This document shows positions 13,892-27,229 of a stretch of DNA of 64,000 bases, one piece after another. How positions within the stretch are numbered: the first letter of the stretch is position 1; each line of letters opens with the position of its first letter. The stretch is from Eledone cirrhosa (lineage: Eukaryota). A model generated the notes under the pieces. That model was not told where the DNA came from. It saw only the letters and a program-made list of their open reading frames with translations, and did no database searches. Position numbers and translations under genes: made by a program. The DNA lies in contig OZ024750.1 of NCBI GenBank assembly GCA_964016885.1, positions 21,824,001-21,888,000 on the forward strand, read 5' to 3'.

Positions 13892-14080
13892 GCGGATTGG
13901 CAGTATCGGTAGAGGGTCGGACGCCATGCTTTGACGCATAGAGTTACGGCCCTTGCCATTCTAAGTTCAAATCTCGTCGAGGTTAACTTTGCCTTTCATC
14001 CTTTACGGGGTCGATAAAATAAAGTACCAGTAATACACTGGTTAATTGCTGGCCTTGTGCCAAAAGGTAGAAACAATTAT
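13892..14080 (+). mobile_element. tRNA-derived SINE, short subfamily
   Basis: Near identical to 60-246. Confidence 0.8.
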
Positions 14081-14907
14081 TTGTGTGAATATGCGTATAT
14101 TATTCTCATTATTGTTATCAGAACTTTTATTTCTATATATCTTCCAGACTAAATAATTTAATATTATTCCTTTATTACTATCTACCATTATATTTTTATG
14201 TTATTTTCTTATATATACATATTTTTCCGAGAGGGCATTTTTTTTTTTTTTTTTTTGTTGTTGCCGAAGTTTCATTTTTCTTTCTTTTCTTTGTTTTCTT
14301 TCTGCCTCTGCAAAATTTTTGGTTAACAATATAGAAATAATTGACTGCTTTCTCTGATGTGTGTTAGGTTCTGGCCGTGATTTGTTTTATGTCATGTAAG
14401 TGAATATAAGGCAATATGTATGTATGTAGATAGGTATTTATGTGTGTATGTATGTGTATGTGTATGTGTATGTGTGTGTATATGTGTATGTATATATGTA
14501 TGTATGTATGTATATATATGTATGTATATATCTATGTATGTAGGTAGGTATGTATGTGTGTATGTGTGTATGTATGTGTGTATGTGTGTATGTGTATATA
14601 TGTGTATGTATATATGTATGTATGTATGTATATATATGTATGTATATGTATGTATGTAGGTAGGTATATATGTATGTATATATGTAGGTAGGTAGTTATG
14701 TGTGTATGTGTGTGTATATGTGTGTGTATATGTGTATGTATATATGTATGTATGTATGTATGTATATATATGTATGTATATATCTATGTATGTAGGTATG
14801 TATGTGTGTATGTGTGTATGTATGTGTGTATGTATGTGTGTGTGTATGTGTGTATGTGTGTGTGTATGTGTATGTATATATGTATGTATATATGTATGTA
14901 TATATAT

Positions 14908-15500
14908 GGTGCTACTGGTAACATGTATCCCAGTACAACCTGTCTCATGGTCGGGTCGTTGGCGACTAAACTGGCAACCCCACCAAGGTTTCTTGGTGAG
15001 GAGGGTGACTTTGGAGATCCTGCAGGACTAGAAACAAAACCTGTCAAAGGGCAAAGGAGCTCTTAAGAGTCAATGGCCATCCAAAATCACCGGGAGAGAT
15101 GACCCCTTAGCTTTTGTCAAGGCAGAATTCTAGGAGAAGGAAAACTCTGATATAACACCTGCAACTCTGATGGTATCCAATGATGTTGACTTGTTCTTCT
15201 TTTTGGTAAATATCATCTTGGTTAAGAGAGTGGGACTGGCTTTGTGCAGTGCCTTTGCTCACTATAAATGCTTCACGACACAGGCATTGCTTTATATCTG
15301 GAGATCTCTCTGCACTTGTCGTCACATGGTACCATGGGCCCAGCACTATGTGTCAATAATTGTCACAAATGTAGTGTTTGTAACAGAGTTTTCAAGTCTC
15401 TGGCTGGACTAAAAAGTCACACTCGTTCAGCGCATCGGTAGGGGTTCTCCTACATGGATATAAAGTAGTGGCCGTACTTGAAAACGAGTTGGCAACCACC
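14908..15500 (+). mobile_element. Longest copy (~590 bp) of the bipartite RTE-derived non-autonomous retroposon
   Basis: RTE-type 5' motif TAGGAGAAGGAAAACTCTGA at ~15131, zinc-finger remnant near 15365-15435, (ATGT)n tail and target. Confidence 0.75.
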
Positions 15501-15621
15501 ATATGTATGGATATGTATGTAGGTAGGTATATATGTATGTATATATGTATGTAGGTAGGTAGGTATGTGTGTATGTGTGTATGTATGTGTGTGTGTATGT
15601 ATGTGTATGTGTGTATGTATG

Positions 15622-15654
<33 letters not shown>

Positions 15655-16225
15655 GTATGTATGTAGATAGGTATGTATGTGTGTATGTGTGTATGTATGT
15701 GTGTGGGTGTATGTGTGTGTATATATGGATGTATATGTGTGTGTATATGTGTATGTGTGTATATATATATATATCTATGTATGTAGGTAGGTATTATGTG
15801 TGTATGTATGTATGTATGTGTGTGTGTGTATGTGTGTGTGTGTATATATGAGTATGTATATATGTATGTATGTAGGTACATATGTATGTATATATGTATG
15901 TAGGTAGGTATATATATGTATATATCTATGTAGGTAGGTAGGTATGTGTGTATGTGTGTATGTATGTGTATGTGTGTATGTATGTATATATGTATGTATA
16001 TATGTATGTATATATGTATGTATGTAGATAGGTATGTATGTGTGTATGTGTGTATGTATGTGTGTGGGTGTATGTGTGTGTATATATGTATATGTGTGTG
16101 TATATGTGTATGTGTGTATATGTGTATATGTGTATGTATGTATATATGTATGTATATATGTATGTATGTATGTAGGTAGGTATGTATATGTGTATGTGTG
16201 TATGTATATGTGTATGTGTGTATGT

Positions 16226-16815
16226 TATCTCTTTCTCTTAATTTCGAGTATATTTTTTTGACCGGCCACCTTCCTGGTGGCAAGGTTGTAAAAGAAAAGA
16301 AATTGTCATCCCTTGAATCGCAAGAATGTTTTGCAAATTTTGAAGGTGCCAGCTATCGCAGCCATTTGTAGACTATGAATTAGGGAGCTGCGCTTTTTGT
16401 CCGCAAATCCAAGTTCAGTCATACTTTGGTCCAAGCGGGTTGGTATATAACCCGTAGTTCCAATAATGATGGGTATGAAGCTAAAGGTGTATCTTGGATA
16501 CTGGATTTGTAAACTCCTCATCAATGGTCCGTAGATGTCCTCCTTCTCCTGTATTTTTCTGACAACGTTTACATCAAGTGGGCAGCTGATCTCCACAACA
16601 GAACACGTTTTCAATGTGTGGTCCCAAACCACAATATCAGGCCGGTTGTGCTTTAATTTAGTGGCAGTTTTTATTTTCAGGCTCCACCAGTATTCCTTAG
16701 TGCCATCTGTCTCAATATATTCTTCCTCGTTTGTTGTTAATTTTGTTTTCCGAAGTGCGTTCCAGATGGTTCTAGCTATCCCATCGTGTCTCATGGGGAG
16801 GTAGTAGCGAGATGA
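16226..16815 (-). mobile_element. 5'-truncated R4/Dong-type non-LTR retrotransposon, restriction-like endonuclease domain
   Basis: Open frame to stop at 16306: [40 protein letters not shown] (RHD plus PD-(D/E)xK motifs); inserted in (ATGT)/(AT) repeats. Confidence 0.85.
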
Positions 16816-17017
16816 CATTCTATGTATGTATATATGTATGTATATATGTATGTATATATGTATGTATATATGTATATGTGTATCTATTATGTATGTATGT
16901 ATGTGGACATGTATGTACGTGTGTATGTATGTGTATGTATGTATGTATGTGTATGTATATATGTATGTATGTATGTATGCATATATGTACGCATATATGT
17001 ATGTATCTATGTATATA

Positions 17018-17092
<75 letters not shown>

Positions 17093-17181
17093 ATATGTAT
17101 GTATATATGTATCTATATATGTATCTATGTATGTAGATATGTATCTATGTATGTATGCCTGTATGTATATATGTATGCATG

Positions 17182-17213
<32 letters not shown>

Positions 17214-17247
17214 CATATATGTACGTATATATGTATGTATCTATGTA

Positions 17248-17340
<93 letters not shown>

Positions 17341-17522
17341 GTAAGGAAAAGTGAGTGAGGGAATGATTAATGGGTAAGGGGTATGTTATAGCAGATGAGT
17401 GAGATAGTGTGACATAGAATATAGGTGAAAATTTTAATTATTCAATCTCCGAAGCCATATTGGAAATGCACTAAGAACGAGTAAGGCTAAATGCAGTTTG
17501 TATATACATATATATATATATT

Positions 17523-17607
<85 letters not shown>

Positions 17608-17619
17608 TATATATTATAT

Positions 17620-18041
17620 ATATATATTATATAAATACTATATATTTTATATATATATATAATATATATATATAAGATATATATATAATATAAATACTAT
17701 ATATTATATATATATATATAATATATATATATAAGATATATATATAATATAAATACTATATATTATATATATATATATAATATATATATATAAGATATAT
17801 ATATAATATAAATACTATATATTATATATATATATATAATATATATATATAAGATATATATATAATATAAATACTATATATTATATATATATATATAATA
17901 TATAAGATATATATATAATATAAATACTATATATTATATATATATAATATATATATATAAGATATATATATAATATAAATACTATATATTATATATATAT
18001 ATATAATATATATATATAAGATATATATATAATATAAATAC

Positions 18042-18045
<4 letters not shown>
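17620..18045. repeat. ~60-bp AT-rich minisatellite
   Basis: About 7 units of TATAAGATATATATAATATAAATACTATATATT(AT)n. Confidence 0.85.
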
Positions 18046-18065
<20 letters not shown>

Positions 18066-18072
<7 letters not shown>

Positions 18073-18425
18073 ATACTTTGGGAGGGTCATGTTGCCAATA
18101 AGAAACACACGCACCAGTTGCTTTCACTTCAATTTAATTTAATATATATTTATAAATTTACAAATTTATAAATTTCTGGTTGGTTGGTTGGTTCCACAAC
18201 CAGATAGTTGTTTATATATATAGTCATAGTTCTTTCGTCACACACTCTGTGACCTCTTCAGTGACTGGGGATTTCTTTCTTCGTTTCTGTGCCTTTCCTT
18301 TCTTCAATCCTACGCCATTTTGTTTGTTTCTTATTGGCAACATGACCCTCCCAAAGTATAACAATATCGGTTTCAACACACGATTTCAGATAAAGAATCT
18401 TGCTAAACAAATTCAGAAACGAAAT
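18066..18425. mobile_element. Fold-back PLE-like mini-element: ~41-bp inverted repeat, internal HHR, 3' tail
   Basis: TATTGTTATACTTTGGGAGGGTCATGTTGCCAATAAGAAACA (18066-18107) inverted at 18325-18366; tail 18367-18425; related copies at 9932 and ~22205-22340. Confidence 0.7.
18222..18266 (-). ncRNA. Minimal hammerhead ribozyme
   Basis: Reverse complement AGTCA-CTGAAGA-G-GTCAC.AGAGTGT.GTGAC-GAAA-GAAC-TA-TGACT, with perfect stems I and II. Confidence 0.75.
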
Positions 18426-18449
18426 ATATATATATATATATATATATAA

Positions 18450-18638
18450 GTATTGAAGTTTCCGTTGAAAATTGAAAAAGTCAGAGGAATGAAGAGTGAT
18501 CTATGTCAAATTACAGAGCGAAATATTTAATGTATAATAAAAAATACAATATAATTACCTTGTTTCTTGTATTCGTCTTATTCGGGAAACCTTTGGTAAT
18601 GAGGTAATTATATTGTTTTGTTTATTATACATTAAATA
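18450..18638 (-). mobile_element. Fold-back mini-element (family of 32575-32797 and 53578-53820)
   Basis: Arms ~18525-18560 and 18602-18638; tail 18450-18524 is the reverse complement of 32726-32797; HHR 3' half GAAACCTTTGGTA. Confidence 0.7.
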
Positions 18639-18647
18639 TAAATATAT

Positions 18648-18726
<79 letters not shown>

Positions 18727-19080
18727 TCGCAAAGATTCAGCACGTTTCCTCCAATCGTCCCGGTCGAGCATGACATTTCTCAGTTCATCGATGTTATCAA
18801 TGTTGACATCTCTCAGCAGGGTATCAATGAACGAGACGGCCTGTCTTCCCACGCTTCTTTGTCAGACCGCCGGTTTCGAAATGATGACGTATGCAGTGCC
18901 CAGCCAGGTTCTTTTTTTTTTTTTAGACTGGTGGTAGTGATATGTATAGTTCCTTATTTGTCAGCTTCTGTTTCCAAGAAATGTTGAGACACATTCTCAG
19001 CATCCTTGTCAAGTCTCTTGCAGCACTTTTTCAATAGTCCTCGTTTAACTGCCGTAAAGCGGGAAGGACTCAACATTTGC
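18727..19080 (-). mobile_element. Degraded 3' end of an RTE/RTE-X LINE
   Basis: Peptide fragments RMLRMCLNISWKQKLTNKELY, LAGHCIRH and GRQAVSFIDTLLRD..MLDRDDWR, with frameshifts. Confidence 0.75.
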
Positions 19081-19512
19081 TAGGATGGTAAAATTAACAA
19101 TTATGAAGTCGTTGGCCCGTTATAGATTTCCCTGTATTAGTGGTGTCAGAAGGTGTGATCTTTGCCTCTCAGAGAATTATATCTTTCTATTGCAACTTTT
19201 TCCATAAAATATCAGAATTAGAGGATCCTTGCATATAATTTCACCGTTATCGATCAGGGAATTTCCAACTACCAACTAGATAAAATAATATATTTCTTAC
19301 ATACCCTGAAAAATGGTCGTATATTGGAAAATATTGTTCTATTATTCAGCATTTAACAATGGCAATCTTATTATCTTTTCTGTGCTTTACGCATCTAATG
19401 CTGAAGACGTGAAAGTATTTCATATTTTTGCTTTGAATGTATGATAATTGAATGGATGAATGCGTGACACATTTTTAAATGGATATTTTACGCACACACA
19501 CACACACACATA

Positions 19513-19609
19513 TGGAGTGTCCCCAAAAAATGTATACATTTTTTTATTACATGTACAAGCAATATTCATTAGAATTCTGTTGAAGTGTGTATATATTTTG
19601 GAGGGGACA
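19513..19609. mobile_element. Tc1/mariner-type MITE remnant
   Basis: Opposite-orientation homologue of 34587-34665; GTGTCCCC..GGGGACA termini. Confidence 0.5.
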
Positions 19610-19776
19610 TATATATATACGTAAATAGAAAGAGGGAGAAAGGGAGAGAGAGACATTTTGTATATATATATGTATATATATGTATATATACATACATATA
19701 TATATATACATACATATATATATATATATACATATATATACATACATATATATATATTTATATATATATATTTATA

Positions 19777-19822
<46 letters not shown>

Positions 19823-19842
19823 CATATGTATATATATATATG

Positions 19843-19892
<50 letters not shown>

Positions 19893-19916
19893 CATATGTA
19901 TATATATATATGTATG

Positions 19917-19962
<46 letters not shown>

Positions 19963-20308
19963 CGTATGTATATATATATATATGTATGTATATATATATA
20001 TACATATATATATATACGTATGTATATATATATATATGTATGTATATATATATATACATATATATATATACGTATGTATATATATATATATGTATATATA
20101 TATATACATATATATATATACATATATATATACATATATGTATGTATATATATATATACATATATATATATACATATATATACATATACATATATATATA
20201 TACATATATATACATATACATATATATATATACATATATATACATATATATATACACACACATATATATATATATATATATACACAATGTGATATCACTT
20301 CAGTTTCC

Positions 20309-20372
<64 letters not shown>

Positions 20373-20699
20373 GGAAAGTGAAGTGATATCACTTCAGACA
20401 GAAATTGAATTTTATTCACTGAAATAGCTCTCTTCCTACTCAACACATACTGAATTCTTCCATTTTAACAGCTTGACGTGGAGATGGAATATTGTTATAT
20501 TGTTGTTGGTGTTGGTGTGGTTGTTGTTGGTGTGGTTGTTGTAACTGCTATTTTTTTTTTGTCGTTGTAGTTGCTGTTGTTGTTGTTTACGAAATTATGA
20601 CTCTCGTTTCCGTTGCTTTAATTAAATTTTCATTACCAACATCGTTATTATCGTCATTAATCATCATCATCATCATCATCGTTACTGTAGTGAACCTCA

Positions 20700-20855
20700 G
20701 CAAAGCACTAGCCATTCCATCATCATCACTATCACCCCTACCATCATCAACTGCAAAGCACTAGCCATTCCATCATCATCACTATCACCCCTACCATCAT
20801 CAACTGCAAAGCACTAGCCATTCCATCATCATCTCTATCACCCCTACCATCATCA
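20700..20855. repeat. 53-bp tandem repeat, 3 copies
   Basis: GCAAAGCACTAGCCATTCCATCATCATCACTATCACCCCTACCATCATCAACT. Confidence 0.85.
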
Positions 20856-21159
20856 ACACCATTATTTTTATCAGCGAGTCACTTTTTATCTTTCGCTCTG
20901 TTAACAATGACACATTCAGTGATGTAATGTTGAGTATACTATGCCTGACTAAAAGGAGCCTTTTATTATACGTTCGTTCAGTCAGGACAATCATATCAAC
21001 CTCTTCATCATTATTATCATCATCATCATTATCTTTATAATTATAACCGCTACCATCATCATTTTCATTATCCTTTTTATCAGTACCATCATCATAACTA
21101 TCATCTTTAAAATTACGAATGCCATCACTATCATTATCATTATTTCTATAACAATTATT

Positions 21160-21380
21160 AAGCGGTGGATTGGCAGTATCGGTAGAGAGTCGGACACCAT
21201 TCTTTGCAGCATAGAGTTACGGTCCTTTACGGTCTGAGTTCAAATCCTGCCGAGGTTCACTTTACCTTTCATCCTTACGGGGTCGATAAAATAAAGCACC
21301 AGTAACGTACTGAGGTCGATTTAATCGACTTTCCCCTCCCCCAAATTACTGACCTTGTGCCTATACTAGAAACCATTATT
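21160..21380 (+). mobile_element. tRNA-derived SINE, long form
   Basis: Same head and body as 60-246 plus internal GGTCGATTTAATCGACTTTCCCCTCCCC. Confidence 0.8.
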
Positions 21381-21760
21381 TCTATCGCCATAAACGCCAG
21401 CCACAACTCTCAACAGTGTAGCCATTATGATACCATACGTAATGTTGCGTAAAATAAAAACAAAATACCTGTAATACCTGGTTTATTTAGCAGACTCGTT
21501 ATAGTTCCAACCCCTCCACGGTACACTTTGCTTTTCATAGATTTGTGGTTTATAAACAAAATACCGGTGGCTCAAAAAAGATCAAAGGTGGCATGTTTTA
21601 CTTGCGACTAAATTGGTACCTAAAACCCTTAACGAAAGAGTATTACACACTACAAAGTAATATTCTGTTAGGAGTAATGGATGTAGTAGTTTAATTTTGG
21701 TGTACTGTTTGTTACTGGTGATTATTTACTCCTTATTTTTTTCTTTCCTCTGCCTTTCAG

Positions 21761-21996
21761 GTGAAATGGAACGTCTCCAGAAATTCTGGTTAGCAGGAGC
21801 CTGTAAGAAGCGGGACCAAACTGGTGAATCAAGCAACTCTCTGGGAATTCTCAACTTTACGTCTGCTTTCATTTTATTGGCATGTGGAATGGCACTTGGC
21901 AGCATTTTATTGGTTGTTGAACATTTCTATTTCCGGTTTGGCCGGAAGACCTTACAGAAATGGGATAAGTGTGGTTGTTGCGGTTTAGTGAGCTTG
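21761..21996 (+). CDS. Nmdar2: NMDA receptor GluN2/NR2 exon: end of S2, M4 helix, proximal C-tail
   Basis: Acceptor ttcctctgcctttcag, donor gtaagt; GEMERLQKFWLAGAC..LGILNFTSAFILLACG..EHFYF..CGCCGLVSL resembles invertebrate NR2; phase 1 in, phase 0 out. Confidence 0.93.
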
Positions 21997-22129
21997 GTAA
22001 GTATTATATTATATTATACTATATTACACTAACTAACCCTGTGGAAATTCTACGCTTTATTTAAAAATAACCACACAGTATTAAAGATCTATATGAAATT
22101 TTAAATACTTAATTTATAAGTTATATATA

Positions 22130-22160
<31 letters not shown>

Positions 22161-22831
22161 TAGAATTGGTTATACTTTGGGAGATATTGTTATACTTTTA
22201 CAGATATTGTTATACTTTGGGAGGGTCATGCTATCAAAAAAAAACACGCACCAGTTGGTTGGTTGGTTCAGTAACCGGATGTTTGTTTATATATTGCCAA
22301 AGCTCTTTCGTCACACATTCTGTGACCTCCTCTGTAACCAATCGTCAGATCGAACCAACGAAACGATGTTTCCATTGGTCTTTCCATTGTTGATATTTAT
22401 CTGTTCCATCGCAACTCCTGGCAGAAGAAGGCGAGATTTGAAGTCGAAACGAACAGAGTTACCGTGGAGCATCCCATCCGACGCGTTAACAGTTCCACCA
22501 TTGCACCGCCCTTGGACTAGATGGGAGGTAAAGTTGACCACGGCGGGATTTAAACTCAGAGTACGGATAACCGAAACAAAGTATTTAGTCCGATAAACTA
22601 ACGACTCTGCCAATTCAGTACAATTATCTAAGCACGTAACCAATAATTAGATTTCTAAATTACATTACGAGTAACATCATTGTTTTCCACTTTAACATTT
22701 AAATTTGGTAAATTATTGAAATAGTAATGTATGTGTGTGTTCAAAATACATTGTCTAAATGTGTATATGTATGTGCGTTTTATCTACCATCTCTCTCTCA
22801 TTGTTTCATCGTTCTCCAAATCTCTTCACAA

Positions 22832-22940
<109 letters not shown>

Positions 22941-23114
22941 TATATAGATATATAGATATATAGATATATATATATATATATATATAGATATATTTCTTTA
23001 TTAGCCACAGGGGCACAAAAGAAGGGGACAAATACAAAGAGGGAAGTTTACATACAATAAAAACGTGTAAAATGTTATCACAGGTGGAATTTAAAAGTTA
23101 GTCGATAGATAGAC

Positions 23115-23192
<78 letters not shown>

Positions 23193-23194
23193 AA

Positions 23195-24082
23195 TTAATT
23201 ACACACCCTCTCGTAGACACAAACAGACAATAGACATAAACACTAACATAAACACAATAAATGGCAATCCAAATAATAGGGGTACTCGAACCCAAACAAT
23301 AGAGACAGGACAAATCCGGTTCCAAATAGATATAACTCAAATACCACCAAAACGTTACTTAAGATAGTTAGATCCCGCTCCGTTCTGTGGTATAATCCAC
23401 CCCACTCCCTTGGGATTCAAAATAAAATAGCTAGGTTTTTCTTTAGCGCATTAGATAGGTGTTTTCCTAGATCACATAAATACAGTCAAATCTTTAACTT
23501 TTCTACTCGACTACCAAAAATATAGCCCAGAATATAGTGAAAATTAACAATGAAATCTTGGAATTAAACATTAAACATAAAGAAATAACTCACACTAGCA
23601 AACATATAAACACTGACAGAGTAAACAGCGACTGGAATAACAGGGATAACAGCATTAACATAGATGAGATAAACCTACGGACACACAGACACGGGGAGGG
23701 AACAACGAATTGTAACGTAACTGCTACTCCGGGAAACGTAATATTTTCCCATTGAATAATAACTGTTTAGAGGATAATATTGTTTATGAATGCGAAGTAA
23801 AAACGAGTAGTAAGTCTTATAGATATATTGGTGTAACTTCTACTAGATTTAAGGAAAGGTGGTCCAACCATCACCACACATTTAAAAAAAAACTGATAAA
23901 AGATTTAACACAGCCTAGTAGGAACTAATTTGGTCACTAAAAACCGAGCTGATGATCCGAATAAGGTGAAATAATTGTTCACGGTAATAGTGAACTAACT
24001 GTTGTAGAACTACTTCTACGAAACTAGTCCCATGGACTGAGTGCTCTACTACTACGGATATAACCCACCAGTGTTCTACAAT
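23195..24082 (+). mobile_element. Degraded 5'-truncated Naiad-like PLE with an internal deletion
   Basis: RSRSVLWYNPPHS..FFFSALDRCFPRSHKYSQIFN (~23370-23505) and GIY-YIG FPLNNNCLEDNIVYECEV..YIGVTSTRFKERWSNH (23746-23870) align with the 819-aa ORF; HHR at 23943. Confidence 0.8.
23943..23985 (+). ncRNA. Degenerate minimal HHR of the PLE remnant
   Basis: ACCGAG-CTGATGA-TCC.GAATAA.GGT-GAAA-TAATTG-TT-CACGGT. Confidence 0.55.
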
Positions 24083-24091
24083 TATATATAT

Positions 24092-24264
24092 ATCAGAGAG
24101 GGTGTGGTAAGATATCAAGTGGATCATAACCCACGAGAGTACTCGATACTTGGGGTGTAGAGTGGGTAATATGAAAAAAGATTCAGGACCCCGATGGCTG
24201 AGCTCCGGCCGTTTCGACAGATCCTGATTTAACTATCGGAGCTCAGCCATCGGGGTCCTGAATC

Positions 24265-24270
<6 letters not shown>
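24092..24270 (-). mobile_element. Fold-back mini-element (7201 family)
   Basis: ATTCAGGACCCCGATGGCTGAGCTCCG inverted as CGGAGCTCAGCCATCGGGGTCCTGAAT; tail homologous to 7201-7290. Confidence 0.7.
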
Positions 24271-24308
<38 letters not shown>

Positions 24309-24313
<5 letters not shown>

Positions 24314-24635
24314 CAAAATATTAATAAATGAAAAATATTCTCATAACCAACATATATATTTTATTATACATATTTCAAAGGTAAATGGTGTTTCAGTACG
24401 TTTTCAGTACACATATCCACTCTCCCATATATTGTATGTGATGAAAACGTACTGAAATACCATTGTACCTTTGAAATATCTATAATAAAATATATATTTT
24501 GGTTATGAGAATATTTTTCATTTATTAATATTTTGAATAATATTAAATACTCCAGATAAATTACTGTCGACTGCTTCTAATCTAGTGTAAAATTGTATTC
24601 GTTGAATAATCAACGAACCATATAAACTTTTGGTT
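24309..24635 (+). mobile_element. Fold-back mini-element with ~95-bp arms and a 3' tail
   Basis: Arms ~24309-24405 and 24443-24540, tail 24541-24635, (TA)n on both sides, HHR-half-like GAAA(C/T)ACCATTGTA. Confidence 0.65.
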
Positions 24636-24695
24636 ATATATATATATATATATATATGAAATATATGAATCAAAGAACTGTTCAAAACATTATTG

Positions 24696-24742
24696 TGCTT
24701 ACAGCTGTTTCCTCCAAACCGAGGTTTGGATTCTTCGGAGCA
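24696..24742 (-). ncRNA. PLE minimal HHR, inverted pLTR copy
   Basis: Reverse complement TGCT-CCGAAGA-A-TCCAAACC.TC.GGTTTGGA-G-GAAAC-AGCT-GTA-AGCA. Confidence 0.7.
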
Positions 24743-26933
24743 ATTTATTAATGCATGGACAGTTATATGACCTCCTTTTCAGCCGAGAGACATACCAATA
24801 CATATTCAAACATTGATACATATTCAAACATTGTGGGTCAACATTCATTACAGAATTTAGAGTGGCAGTACACACTTCGAGATTACATTTATATTAATAG
24901 GTACAATCAAAAAAATCAAAGATATAGGTTAAAGTACAACATGAAGATAAGTGGTTATATAGTGCAAATGTTATATGTGTGGCACGCATGTGCGTCTTGT
25001 TTATATAGTGTGGCAGAGAGATATGTGTGGTAGAGGCACTTAGGTAGGTAAATAAGAGTGTTAGGTTGGTAGATCTGGTGGCAAAGTCTTTATATGATTG
25101 ATATAGTCTGTGTGTGGAGAAATATTATAAGCATTAAAGATAGTGCAAGCATTAAAAGTGTTATAAGTATTGGAGATGCACAGCGCAGGGATGTCAAGTA
25201 ATTCATGTACTTCGGTATTTTCATGGTCAAGGGAGTGTATATTTCGATTATATGCCTTTCACATAATCCACGACAATCCAGTTAGAGATCGTAGTCTGGT
25301 GCTCTTTAGTTCGATACAGGTGGTTGTTACGTTTCGAGAGACGCCATTGAATACCGGAAGTGTGTGTGTGGCTAAGGGGAGTTAATGCATGCGGGGAGGT
25401 AACTCTGGGGTTTCTATATCTAGCCATTAAAATGTGTCTCAATATAGACCCTAAATTCTATGGTGAGGTGCACCTTCCAAGAGAGACTTTTAAGGCATAA
25501 AGTGTACTAACTATAGAGTAGTTTAACTAAATTATGCTGAAGGTGATCATATTATTATTAGGGTGGATTAACCCATCTTAAGGTGCTACAAATGGAAATT
25601 ATAGATGATGAGCGAGGATTCTAAATTAATGATCTCTATGGTTGTAGTCTGCTCATATGACCAGGCGCGGTGATTGCAGGATTGCTTCAGGACCCAATGA
25701 TCTCTGGTAAGATCCGGGTCATCGCTTGCTACATTGGATGTCGAAAGATAGTCATCCCCAAGCAGGCCAAAGGTCAAGTCGCAGTCCTCGCGACCCCTCT
25801 CTGACCGTCAGATCATCCATATACGTACAACCCACACTGTGTGGGTTGTACGTATATGGATGATCTGACGGTCAGAGAGGGGTCGCGAGGACTGCGACTT
25901 GACCTTTGGCCTGCTTGGGGATGACTATCTTTCGACATCCAATGTAGCAAGCGATGACCCGGATCTTACCAGAGATCATTGGGTCCTGAAGCAATCCTGC
26001 AATCACCGCGCCTGGTCATATGAGCAGACTACAACCATAGAGATCATTAATTTAGAATCCTCGCTCATCATCTATAATTTCCATTTGTAGCACCTTAAGA
26101 TGGGTTAATCCACCCTAATAATAATATGATCACCTTCAGCATAATTTAGTTAAACTACTCTATAGTTAGTACACTTTATGCCTTAAAAGTCTCTCTTGGA
26201 AGGTGCACCTCACCATAGAATTTAGGGTCTATATTGAGACACATTTTAATGGCTAGATATAGAAACCCCAGAGTTACCTCCCCGCATGCATTAACTCCCC
26301 TTAGCCACACACACACTTCCGGTATTCAATGGCGTCTCTCGAAACGTAACAACCACCTGTATCGAACTAAAGAGCACCAGACTACGATCTCTAACTGGAT
26401 TGTCGTGGATTATGTGAAAGGCATATAATCGAAATATACACTCCCTTGACCATGAAAATACCGAAGTACATGAATTACTTGACATCCCTGCGCTGTGCAT
26501 CTCCAATACTTATAACACTTTTAATGCTTGCACTATCTTTAATGCTTATAATATTTCTCCACACACAGACTATATCAATCATATAAAGACTTTGCCACCA
26601 GATCTACCAACCTAACACTCTTATTTACCTACCTAAGTGCCTCTACCACACATATCTCTCTGCCACACTATATAAACAAGACGCACATGCGTGCCACACA
26701 TATAACATTTGCACTATATAACCACTTATCTTCATGTTGTACTTTAACCTATATCTTTGATTTTTTTGATTGTACCTATTAATATAAATGTAATCTCGAA
26801 GTGTGTACTGCCACTCTAAATTCTGTAATGAATGTTGACCCACAATGTTTGAATATGTATCAATGTTTGAATATGTATTGGTATGTCTCTCGGCTGAAAA
26901 GGAGGTCATATAACTGTCCATGCATTAATAAAT

Positions 26934-26980
26934 TGCTCCGTAGAATCCAAACCTCGGTTTGGAGGAAACAGCTGTAAGCA
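26934..26980 (+). ncRNA. PLE minimal HHR, middle copy, core mutated (CCGTAGA)
   Basis: As 31135-31181 but T at 26941 replaces the conserved A6. Confidence 0.6.
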
Positions 26981-27229
26981 CAATAATGTTTTGAACAGTT
27001 CTTTGATTCATATATTTCATATAACTGCTCTGTAAATCATCTGATGTTTTTACATTGAGCTACTTAACTTACTGGTAATAAGGTAGTAATACATTACTGC
27101 CTACCACTATTTAGGGTGTGTGTAAAATACTTACAACTGCTTAAGGTTTTGTGTTTACATAACCATAAATAGTATAACTAATACTATTAACTGCTCCATA
27201 TCGTTGAGCTGACATATAATATTGCCAAT

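Larger units (their letters stand above)
24653..27023. repeat. 2.37-kb palindrome with a 1-nt spacer at 25838 (inverted 5' pLTR)
   Basis: Position x pairs with 51676-x without indels; centre AACCCACAC-T-GTGTGGGTT; mirrored ORFs in the track. Confidence 0.95.
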
